Positions 1-11,027 of a stretch of DNA of 64,000 nucleotides are shown here, one piece after another (the stretch's first letter is position 1; every line of letters begins with the position of its first letter). Both the position numbers and the translations under genes were made by a program. The DNA lies in NCBI GenBank assembly GCA_028534125.1, contig CM052817.1:88476001-88540000 (forward strand). The letters run 5' to 3'. The notes under the pieces are model-generated. The model did not search any database and was not told the origin of the DNA. It saw nothing but the letters and a program-made list of their open reading frames with translations. The DNA is from Lama glama. Lineage: Eukaryota.

Positions 1-483
1 GCACTTGCCATCTGCCTCTGCAAGGAGTGGATCACGTTGGTACTTAACATTTACCTCTCCTTGGATTAAATCACGAACTGCTGCAGCCACTGACCTCTAA
101 CACTCCCCGAAAGGAGTTCAGGATGGAGATCAGGAATGAGGCACTCTGAGAAAACTGGCTGAACAAGCCTTCAGACAGTCAGATATTTTCAGAAGATTTT
201 ATGAGCCCAGTTCTTGCATCTCCTCATATCTAGAAAAGCACTAAAATCATTAACTGTGACATCTGCTCCCTGTGACTAGCAGCAAGCCTCTGCCCAAATG
301 TGTGCTTGACCACATGTACCCCCTTCACTGAAATCATATAAATACTGAGCTTTCCCCCTGACTTTTCAGAACAGTTCCTCAGAGCCATCTGAGATGCTGT
401 CTCCCAAGCTATTGTCATCATTCTGCCTCAAATACAACTTAACCCACAGCTCTGACGTTGTGTGATTTTTATTTCAGTCAACA
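1..483 (+). repeat. 5' LTR (about 16 bp cut off by the window start)
   Basis: Aligns with 6950-7417; ends ...TCAACA directly before the PBS. Confidence 0.93.
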
Positions 484-487
484 GTTT

Positions 488-507
488 TGGTGACCCCACA
501 AAGGGAC
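488..507 (+). promoter_or_regulatory. Primer-binding site, most likely tRNA-Arg
   Basis: TGGTGACCCCACAAAGGGAC equals the Arg PBS TGGCGACCACGAAGGGAC with two CpG transitions and a CC insertion. Confidence 0.7.
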
Positions 508-939
508 CCAGAGCAGACTCCTCTCCTTCACCTGAACTCTATGAGGGACCAGAGCCTTGGTACCAGCAGAGGCGCTCTGCACCCATCCGCCTCCTCGGGG
601 AGTCCAGACGGATTTGGGTGAGTCTCCTGGTTCTTGGATCTCCTATATTGGTTGATGATCCTGAGTTTTATTTGGCAGTGTGTCCAGTTACCTGGCCCTC
701 CAGTTGAGTGATACTGAGGGGAAATAACCACCCTGTGGAGATGTGGGGAGTAGGGCTGGTTGAAAGATAACAGGGTCTGGACTGAGTGGTCAGGTAAGAG
801 GCTGAGCTGACGCTGTTCCTCAGTTTGGCAACCTCAATAGAATTTGTGTTTGGGCTTTTACTTTTTGAATTTGTGTTTGTGTTTACTTTTATCCGTGACA
901 AATTCAATTTTAAAAAGAGAAATAGTCTTTCAAATAGAA

Positions 940-1900
940 ATTAGGGGCATCAGAAAACCAACCTCCGACTCACGCCCCGGACAGATTCATGTACAGAGCT
1001 CATACTTCCAAGTACCTACTTAATTGGGGAAATTATACTAAAGGCCAAATTTGGTTCTATAGATATTCCAAAATTGATATTTCTGCATTCAGTTAGAAAA
1101 AAGTTGGCCGTAAGATCAAACAGACTGAATGGAATGTTACTTGATTGTTATTTAGAAGCTTCTAAAAGAGAAAACAATAAAGTAACTTCTTTGCAGGAAG
1201 CCAACAAGAAATTGCTTGAAACTATGTCAGAACTTAAAGGCCACTGACACTGTCTCTCCCTCAGATCTCCCCACGTGTCCTCTTCTATCTGAATTGCCTG
1301 GTCCAGACTCTGTCTCTTTTCTCTTCTGTCTCTTTCACCTTCTGCTGTTCCCTCTTCCCTGGTAAACAAGGATAAAAAAAATAAGAGGTGATCATAGCTC
1401 CCTTTAAGGAAAAACCTATTATAGGAAGAGGTGAACCATCCTCAGGGCTTATGTACACACCCTGGACCCGAGCAGAGCTTAAGGCCCTGACTAAGGGATT
1501 TCCCAATCCACGTCAGGATCCATTGGGACTTGCTAAGGAGTTTGAGTTAACCATTCAGACCTATGAGCTCGGGTTTTCAGACCTCTATCAATCAGTTTCT
1601 GAATGGACAGAAAAGGCAGGTTGGAAATGACCTCTAATGGACTTTGAATTACATAGTCCACAGGCTCTCACCGAATGGCCAACTTTTTAAGACCATTAAA
1701 AAGAAAGATAAGGGGATATCTATAAAAACATGAACCGTCAGTTATACTAATTAAGTACCTAATGCTAGTCGAAGGTTAACTAATCCCCATTCAATCCACA
1801 CTGATAGAGAAAACCAAAGTTTGTTTTTATTGAAGAAAACCAGGGCATCAGAAAATAAACTGTAAGAAGAGAGCCTAGAAGGAAAACTGGATTTTAGACC
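940..1900 (+). pseudogene. gag: ERV gag remnant (MA/CA fragments, frameshifted)
   Basis: Fragments GSIDIPKLIFL, YLEASKR and ORF 1388-1630 YTPWTRAELKALTKGFPNPRQDP..AKEFELTIQTYE.GFSDLYQ. Confidence 0.8.
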
Positions 1901-1989
1901 AGAATTACAAGTTAAGCAAGAACAGGGCTGCTCTGAGGGAACTTGGGGAGTCTTTCTTTACCCTTCTCTCTGACAGCCCAGAAGTAGAA

Positions 1990-2280
1990 ATGATTGTACA
2001 AGGAGAAACAAAGCCCTGATAGATACAGGGGCCATCTTTTCAGCTTTGAACACTACCGAAATTAAAGGCGCTCTCCCTCAGAGTAATACCGCAGTACGGA
2101 TGGTACTAATGCACTTATTAAGGCTTTTAAATCAATACCTTTAGAATTCTAATTAGGGGAACATAAAGGAAAGCAGTCCTTTTTCTAGCAGAAAGCACTC
2201 ACAATCACCTGATAGGCAGCAATCTATTGGAAACTTGTGAAACTCATATTTCCTTTACTCTTAAGAGAGAAATGTTTTTC
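1990..2280 (+). pseudogene. pro: ERV aspartic protease remnant
   Basis: ALIDTGAIFSALN at about 2013-2051; downstream HLIGSNLL resembling the LLGRD motif. Confidence 0.85.
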
Positions 2281-2369
2281 AATCTGAAGGACCAGTCTGA
2301 GTTCCTTCATCACATAATGTTTGTGACCCATGATGCGGATGGTGCTGAACAAGACCAATTGCTAGGCTT

Positions 2370-2693
2370 AGGACCTAAAGAACTATGGCCACTTGATTCC
2401 ACCAACAACGGAAGAATACATTCTGCATCACCCGTTAAAATAGCCCTTGTCAGTCTGTAGTGCCAAACCCCCATACCTCACTGTCCATATTCCTAAAAGC
2501 GGTGACTTCTTTTCTGTGATAGATCACTGTAGCACTTTTTTTTTTCAGTATTCTTGTGCATCCAGATGATCAGCATCTTTCTCTTTTTGCCTTTATTGGA
2601 ACGAGAGGCAATATTCGTGGACTGTAATGCCACAGGCCTATACTGAAAGTCCCACTTTCTTCTCCCAGTTACTAAAAGCAGACCTAGAAAATC
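2370..2693 (+). pseudogene. pol: ERV reverse transcriptase N-terminal remnant, truncated before YxDD
   Basis: VVPNPHT, FSVID, QYSWTVMPQAYTESP motifs; non-coding sequence follows LLKADLE. Confidence 0.85.
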
Positions 2694-2848
2694 TTTTCAG
2701 AATTCTGACACTGAGGGAACAAGTCCTTCTAAGAGAACTTGCATAAAGACCAGGGCTCCCAGGGACATTTTTTTTCAGAATTCTGACACTGAGGAAACAA
2801 GTCCTTCTAAGAGAACTTGCATAAAGACCAGGGCTCCCAGGGACATTT
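2694..2848 (+). repeat. 78-bp tandem duplication, two copies
   Basis: AATTCTGACAC... starts at 2701 and 2779; one mismatch seen. Confidence 0.95.
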
Positions 2849-2960
2849 ATCTTATCTAGATCATCTCTAACTCCTCATACTGCAGAAAGAAAGAAAAAAT
2901 TGGGAAAGATGCCTTTTTTAATTTGGCTTATTCCAATTGTTAAATCTAGTGAGTTTTAAT

Positions 2961-3047
2961 GAATATAGGTATGCCCATGTATGACTGAAGCATCGTGCTG
3001 TACACCAGAAATGTTCACAACATTGTAAACTGACTATACTTCAGTAA
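2961..3047 (+). mobile_element. Very short L1 3'-end fragment inside the ERV
   Basis: Matches the L1 terminus TGACTGAAGCAT.GTGCTGTACACCAGAAAT...GTAAACTGACTATACTTCA also seen near 11000, 22100, 42200 and 57550. Confidence 0.8.
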
Positions 3048-5669
3048 CTAATATTGTGTCTGTATGTCTGTGTGTATTATATATGTCTTTACCTTTTGAT
3101 GGTATTATCAAAATTAATTTGTAAATGAGATCTACTTAATTGGCCTAAAGGATTAAGCACTGATATAAATTCTCAGAAATATAAAAGGAAACTGGCCAGA
3201 ATGAATTTCAGGTTCATATGAATGGGGAATTATTCAGCATTAAATTAATACTTGGTATTAAAGTGCTGATTTAACTAATATAGACATGTCTTTAGAGTCA
3301 TCAACATTAAATATGAATACCTTTGTTGTACCTAGGTTTAACAGAAGTCAAATAAGATCTTATATCTCTTGCAAATTTCTCAATAAGAAAAATTACTTAG
3401 TATGGTGAAATTCTTAGAAGTAAACTGAATGCAAATGAGATAAGATCCTTTGGATAAATTCTTTAGGAGTAATATATTTCAGAGATGTCTACCTAAAAAT
3501 ATTTACTCCAGATATTTGGTAACTTAAAATTTTAGAGTTGTGCTACATTAAGTTCAGTGATGTAAGTTTATTGAATAGTTAGGTCATTCCCAAATATATT
3601 TAGATACTGAAGCATTAATTACTGAATATTGGCTTCCTTTTGCAGAGAAACTAAAGGTATCTAGCACTATTATTTTTAGTACCAGTGAGATATCTTCTAT
3701 AATAAAGCATTTTTTTAGCAATTATTGATATTTATTTGGAGTCTAGAAAATACTAATGTCAAAGACAATTCAAAATGCTTACTTCTTACTTCTTAGTTTT
3801 CAATTAGAAGTTGAGATTTTTAAGAGTTGAGGATTCTATTTTTAAATTTTAATTAAAGCCACTAGGAAAAATACAGGAAACAGCTTACATTAGGAAAGTA
3901 GGCTGTGTGATTCAGTAAAGAAGGTATGAGGAATGGAATTGCATTTCGTTAAGGGAAAATAAAAGTAGATTTTTCTATATAGCTTGTTTCTGGGTGGAAT
4001 AAAATAAGGGCAAACTAATATGGATATAGAAGGTGATGAAAGGGTTCATGATTAAAGGTCTGTGAGATAGGAACCCTAAGAAAAGGGCTTTGTGCATGAT
4101 CAAGATTAAAAGCTAAATTTAACAAAATAAGTTGATGGATTCGGTTGTTAATAGTAAGCTGGTGCAAAACTTGAATTTAGTTTTCTCTGGTAAGACAATT
4201 TTTTTTAAATGTTCATCTGTTTTTGATAACAGAGTGTAAGTTTTTTTTTTTACCTTTAATTGTAAATCTGTTGTAACTTTCCATATTTGCCTTTGAAATG
4301 TTTCATTCTCACTTTAGCTAAGGCAATAAGTATTATTTTACAGTGACCTCTGATCTTATCTGACCAAGTGGTTTAAAACCTTTTTGATATTTTTTGACAA
4401 ATTTCACAAATCAAATTTGAATTAAGTTTCTCTAACCTGTAGCTAACTTTGGGATGCTTCCGTGGGCCCCTGAAACATCCCCGAAAGAGATATTAAACTA
4501 ATTAGGTTCACTTGGCATGTTAAATTGCATGGGAAGTACTGTCAAATAAGAAATCATCTTAGGTTACCATTAGGAAAAATATTAATATAGATTCTAGAAA
4601 TGATACGGAATTCTTAAAAAATCTGATAATCCTGGTAAAAAGCTATCAGTCTTAATTCTAGTTATTATCTTAAAATGCTGTATGTCACAGCAGTATCCGT
4701 TTATGAATTGCATTGTAGTCAAGTTTTTAACTGTGCCTTAAGTCTCTCTCTCTTCATTCATAGATATGGTTTACCCTGATGCCTTTGCACAATGCCTCCT
4801 CTCCAAGACAGTTTATAGAAAAGACTTCTTTGATAAGTATAGGTGTCGGATAACTTTCAGACCACAGTGTTGAACGGGGTAAGAAATTAAAGAATTCTAA
4901 TGGAAAACCTGAAAAGTTTCATAAAAGGATTAGTTACAGAGGCCTGAGTGAACCAGTGAATAATGGTTATAATATTTATGGTTCCTCTCTGAAACATTAC
5001 TGGCTTTTAACCTGTGTTTTCCAGATAGCAGGAAACCCTCCTCCTTAAGCTAATCATGACTCACATCAGTTTGGTAAATTATACTTACATATGCAGACTT
5101 GAACAGTCGTCTTTTCTATCTGATCCCTCCAGAGATTAAGTCACTGGGAACATAAGAGTTCCTAATCAGATAGAGGTGATCTTCCTAATCTAACAGGTAT
5201 AGGAATCTCAAGGTATTTTTGGGGGCCTCAAAAAGAAAAGAATTCATCTACATCTGTCAGGCAGAAACTGAGACAAGCCCTGGATATGGCCTTCCTGGCC
5301 TTAGGAGACCTGATTACAATTGCAGCCTGAGACTCTTGATGAAAAGTTCCAGCCCAACCAGTTTAAAAGAGCCTATATGAACAAATAATCAACTTGCAGA
5401 TGAAATAACCTTGACTGGGCTATATTTGATAAAAAATGAGGGTAACTTTAGAGAGAAAAAGATAATGTTTCAGTGAATGTTAAATTCAAGCTTTGTTAAG
5501 AGAGATATGTATTTATGGCCTAAGAGGCACTTTCCAGGTAGTTCCTTGCTGTTTTGTTACACAGTTTACTTACTTATCTCCTGTAAAGTTTAATTGAATT
5601 AGAGCATCCTTCTAATAAGTTTGTTTCTGAAGCTTATGTCAGGAATCTATCTTTGGGTGAAGATCCGAT

Positions 5670-5890
5670 GCCCGTGACCTGCAACCAGGAGATGATGCAT
5701 ACTGGAAAAGACACAATTTAAGGACTGTCTCCAACCTGGATGGAAGGACCTTTGCTAGGTACTGTAACTGGCACGTGCAGTGAAACTGAAGGGAATTGAC
5801 TCCTGGACTAATATTCCCACTTACAAAGGGCCTCTGCACTGGACTGGCCTATGGAGAGGACTACTGACCTCAAAATCATCCCAAAACAAT
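5670..5890 (+). pseudogene. pol: ERV integrase C-terminal remnant
   Basis: LQPGDDAYWKRH, CLQPGW, AVKLKGIDSW motifs with frameshifts. Confidence 0.8.
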
Positions 5891-6933
5891 ACTCAAAAAA
5901 AGGAGACGCTACTAGGCCAGGATGAGAAGATGACGACATCGGAGGTAGACAGCTGAACGAAGACACAGGACCAGGCCTGCATACCTGTTACTTAGATAAT
6001 TGCTCATACTTTCGCTTATGAACTACGTGTATTTCACTATCTTAGGCAGAGTTAAACTTAATCCAATTGTTAGTTTTATGGTTAATTACCTATAACCAGT
6101 ACTCCTGGGGTACCTTGGTGGGTTTCCCTACTCCAAGGCTGTAACTGGGTAGCCCTTAGAAAATTTCTTCTAGAAGAAATTGTAGTTCTGTTTAGGCCAC
6201 TATTGATATTATTAGGTGGGATCCCCTCACCTGGCCAATTAGTCATACCTGCTCTGAGCCTGGCCATAAATATGAATTTTCTTATAAGATCACTTAGGCT
6301 GAAATTTTGCTTGTTTTCTTGATCGAGCTTAAGAAAAGGCTCCCTTATGTTGGGAAAAATTAAATTATACTAAGGATAGCCAGCATAATAACACACTCAA
6401 AAATGTAACTGGGTGTCTAATTAACAATGTCTGTACAGCATCTTCCTTAAAGATAAGAATCAGTACAGAATTAAGTCAGATGACCTAGGCATGCACTGGG
6501 CCACACCTAATGGACATTCTTAGCTTAAATTTACTTACAACCTTACTAATACTGTTAAGTATATTACTTGTATTTTGTCTACTTTACAAAATTGTTTCTT
6601 GCATTATCAAATGTGTGACTGTTCTGATAAAATAGTGAGTTGGCGACTTGAAGCAGTAGACCAGATACTACTGTATGAGACCAGTGATTGTAATAGTGTA
6701 ACTCTAGATATGGGAAGAAGCAATAAGAGGGAATGTGTTCCTGGACCACAACAGACTAGTAAGACAGGGGGTCCAGAGACTTTTTGCTACTGTTAATAAG
6801 GCCTGGTCCCATCTGAGTGGCCTGTCAACAAAATCCTCGCCTGACCTAGGGATAGATATTCCTAACACCCTGGGACAAATGGTCTTGAAATACCTCCCAA
6901 ATGATGGTCGAATTTATTACCACAAGGGGGCCC

Positions 6934-7417
6934 TGATAACTAAAAATTGGCACTTGCCATATGCCTCTAACAAGGATTGGATCACAGTGGCACTTGCCAA
7001 CAACCTCTGCTTGGATTAAAATCAAGACTCCAACACACCCTGAAAGGAGTTCAGGATGGAGGTCAGGAATGAGGTGCTCTGGGAAAACTGGCTGAACAGG
7101 CCCTCAGATATTTAAATATTTTCAGAAGATTTTATGGCCCCAATTCTTATATCTCCTCATATCTAGAAAAGCACTAGAAAATCATTAACAGTGACATCTG
7201 CTCCTTGTGACTAGCAGCAAGCCTCTGCCTGTATGTGTGCTTGACTGCATTTAACCCTCCTTCACAAACATCCTGTATTATACTCAGTTCCTCCCTGCTT
7301 CTTTGGAACAGCTTCTCAGCTATCTGAGATGCTGCCTCCCAAGCTGTAGTCCTCATTTTGCCCCAAATAAAACTTAACCCACAACTCTCATATTGTGTGA
7401 TTTTATTTCATTCAACA
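6934..7417 (+). repeat. 3' LTR
   Basis: TG...CA ends, preceded by AAGGGGGCCC, AATAAA near 7366, roughly 80-85% identical to the 5' LTR by eye. Confidence 0.92.
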
Positions 7418-9261
7418 CTTTCTGCAACTTTCTGAACTTATGATTTTAAGCCTACAAGTAAAATCTTAACAGTAATATTAAATACTAAAATTTGTTTAGT
7501 GGTTTGTGAACTTATGTTGCCATATGAAATGAAATACAAAATTACAAAAGTACATAATAAAATGAGGGATACTGGAGTAAACTGAAAAGAGCTCTACAGA
7601 AGTTTCCATATTACTTAGGCAAAAAGGCAGTATATTTACGTGATGCCTAATTTATGTCTACTGAATGCTTTCATATGTGTACATATATAAGTATGTCTAC
7701 ATTTTGTGAATATGTACTTTTATGATCTAATAAGCTTTTTTAAATCATTTTCCTATTTTTCTAGGAAATTAAACCCTTTCACTTTTTATTTACCTTCACT
7801 GTCTTATTTTACACTCCTCATAATTTCAACTAAAAAACAACTTGAACTGCAGCAACTATTTTAACCTAAAATCTGTGCAGCTTTAAAAGAATTCCAAACA
7901 ATATACAAATGAGTGGAAATAGACACTTTTGTACTTTTATGTGGACATTATTCAACATTACTCATTTTTTTTTTCCTTATTACTACATTTGGGGGAAAAA
8001 TCACTTTTTAATGTATATCAATGCTCTTGTGAGATTTAAATATCAACCTTAAAGAGAATAAATTGAATCACAATGCTGTTTATCATCACCTGAGTTTCAC
8101 ATACTTAAAATTCACTCCAGAGTAGTTACAAAATTTGACATTTTATTAATATTATACATACATTTCTTAGAACCTAATTTTCAACTCTGAATAATCATCA
8201 GCTGGATTAGCAATGATCTATATGGTACTTACTTTGCATCACTGCTGCTGAAGTCATTTTATCATATGTTACCTAGAGATTGATTGCTTTTATTTGGACA
8301 TTCACAGTTGAGAATAGAAATTAATAACTGAATGTGTATTCTTGGTTTTCTCAATGACTGATTCATGAAGTAACTTAGAAACCCATGGGATATCAAATTG
8401 AACCTAATGAATTTTTCATTAGAGGTCCTATTATAAACTTTTTTATCTTTTGAGTAAATACCTAAGTTAAAATCTAGCATTCACCAAGCAGCCTACTGTT
8501 CGTTCTTATGTTAATGAGGAGGCTAATTGCAAATTTCCCTAGGTAATCTCCGTGTCAATTATTCATGAACCACCGACAACAGACATGACATTTCTGAATG
8601 ACAGCTCTAAATCCTTTTGCTTACAAGTTTTAAAACTTGCAGGGTGATTTAAAAGACTTTAAACATAGAAGTTGCCAAAAGGAAGTTGAAAGGGAAAAGG
8701 GAAAAGGAAAAAAAAAAACTTCTGAAACTTTAAATTCTAAAATATATTAGCCTTAAACTCTAAACTAACAACTCAGATATTCAGAAGCTTTAAGGGGAAT
8801 AAAAAGAAAAAGCATTTCAATTTTCTCTTTTACTACATTGTTGGATTGATGTTCTTGAATAGAAAACATGCCATTCCAAAAGGATTTCATCTAATTGATG
8901 TACCTAATTACAGCTTTTTTTCTGAGTCACCAATAAGATTAAAAACATAAGAATGACAGAAAAACATAAAAATACAGGAAAAGAGAAAAGTCCCCAAGGA
9001 AAAATCTAGTTCAGTACCAGAAAAAATACATTTTCGATAGTCAAGGAAGATTGAGGAGGGAGGGCACTGACTTTATTTAAAAATTTTTTTCTATTGTTGT
9101 GTTAATCTTTTTCTTATCAGTATTTTATTAAAATTTCACATATGATAGTAAACATTTTCTTGTTCTGTCAATATTGTGTCATTAATATGACAAATTATTT
9201 ATAACCTAAATTTTGGCTTCTTCCTTTGTTAAAATTTTAAACTTTAAACTTTATTTATATA

Positions 9262-11027
9262 AAACATTGACTAAGGAAATTAAAGATGACTTAAAGAATG
9301 GAAAGATATTCCATGTTCTTAGATTGGAAGAATCATTATTGTTAAAATGGCCATACTACCCAAAGCAATCTATAGATTTAATATGATCCCTATTAAATTA
9401 CCCGGGAAATTTTTCACAGAACTAAAACAAGTAATCCTAAAATTTATATGGAATCACAGAAGACCCAGAAATGCCAAAACATTACTGAAGAAAAAGAATG
9501 AAGCTGGAGGAAAAACCCAAACTTAGCAGACTTCAGACAATACTACAAAACAATAATCAAAACAGCATGATACTGTCATAAAAACAGACATATGAATCAA
9601 TGGAACAGAATAGAGAGCCCAGAAATAAGCCCACAAGCTTTTGGTCAATCTTTGACAAAGGAGGCGAGAATATACAATGGAATAAAGACAGTCCCTTCAG
9701 CAAATAGTGTTGGGAAAACTGGACAGCTGCATGTGAATTAATGAAGTTAGAACACTCCCTCATACCATACATAAAAATAAACTCAAAATGGCTTACAGAC
9801 TTAAACATAAGACAAGACACTATAAACCTCTTAGAAGAAAACATAGGCAAAATGTTGTCTGACATACATCTCAGCAATGTTCTCCTAGGGCGGTCTACCC
9901 AGGCAATAGAAATAAAAGCAAAAATAAACAAATGGGACCTAATTAAACTTACAAGCTTTTGCACAGCAAAGGAAACCATAAGCAAAATTAAGACAACCCA
10001 TGAAATGGGAGAAAATATTTGCAAAAGATGAGACTGACAAGGGCTTAATTGCCACAATACATAAACAGCTCACACAACTTAAGAAGAAAACAACCCAATC
10101 CAAAAATGGGCAGAAGAACTAAGCAAGCAATTCTCCAATGAAGACATACAAATGGCCAAAGGGCACATGAAAAAATGCTCAATATCACTAATTATCAGAA
10201 ATGCAAACAAAAACTATAATGAGGTATCACCTCACACCAGTCAGAATGGCCATGATTAAAAAGTCCACAAATAATAAATGCTGGAGAGGCTGTGGAGAAA
10301 AGTGAACCCTCCTACACTGTTGGTGGGAATGTAGCTTGGGGCAGCCATTATGAAAAACAGTATGGAGACTCCTTAAAAGACTAAAACTAGACTCACCATA
10401 TGATCCAGCAATCCCACTCCTAGGCATATATCCAGAGGGAACCTTGATTCAAAAAGACACCTGCACCGCAATGCTCATAGCAGCACTATTTACAATAGCC
10501 AAGACATGGAAACAACCTAAATGTCCACTAACAGATGACTGGATAAAGAAGGTGTGGTATATTTATACAATGGAATACTACCCAGCCATAAAAAATAATA
10601 AAATAATGCCATTTGCAGCAACATGGATGGACCTGGAAATTGTCATTTTAAGTGAAGTAAGCCAGAAAGAAAAATACCGTACAATACCACTTATATGTGG
10701 AATCTTTAAAAAAAAAAGGCACTTATTTACAAAACAGAAACAGACTCAGACATAGAAAACAAACTTACACTTACCAGTGGAGAAGGAGGTGGGAAGGAAT
10801 AAATTGGGAGTTTGAGATTTGCAGATACTAATATATATATGTATATTATATATATATAATAGAGAAACAAATTTATACTGTATAGCACAGAGAACTGTAT
10901 TCAGTATCTTACAGTAACTTGGTGAAAAAGAATATGAAAATGAATATATGTATATTTATGTATGACTGAAGCATTGTGCTGTACACCAGAAATTGACATT
11001 GTAAATTGACTATACTTCAATAAAAAA
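9262..11027 (+). mobile_element. 5'-truncated LINE-1 (ORF2 C-terminal part, 3' UTR, short A tail)
   Basis: ORF2 peptides [16 protein letters not shown] and [17 protein letters not shown]; ends TTCAATAAAAAA. Confidence 0.95.

Larger units (their letters stand above)
1..7417 (+). mobile_element. Class I (ERV1) endogenous retrovirus, two LTRs, defective: gag/pro/partial RT, long AT-rich non-coding block, integrase tail, env/3' remnant
   Basis: Direct repeats 1-483 and 6934-7417, PBS-like motif after the first, purine-rich tract before the second, retroviral protein motifs in between in the correct order. Confidence 0.93.

Noticed and set aside
6300..6930. Possible co-opted env gene
   Set aside because: Only short stop-interrupted remnants; no furin site, immunosuppressive domain or long frame found
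9557..10057. Hydrophobic 166-aa minus-strand ORF (similar ones at 17530, 21237, 41042)
   Set aside because: Antisense shadow of L1 ORF2
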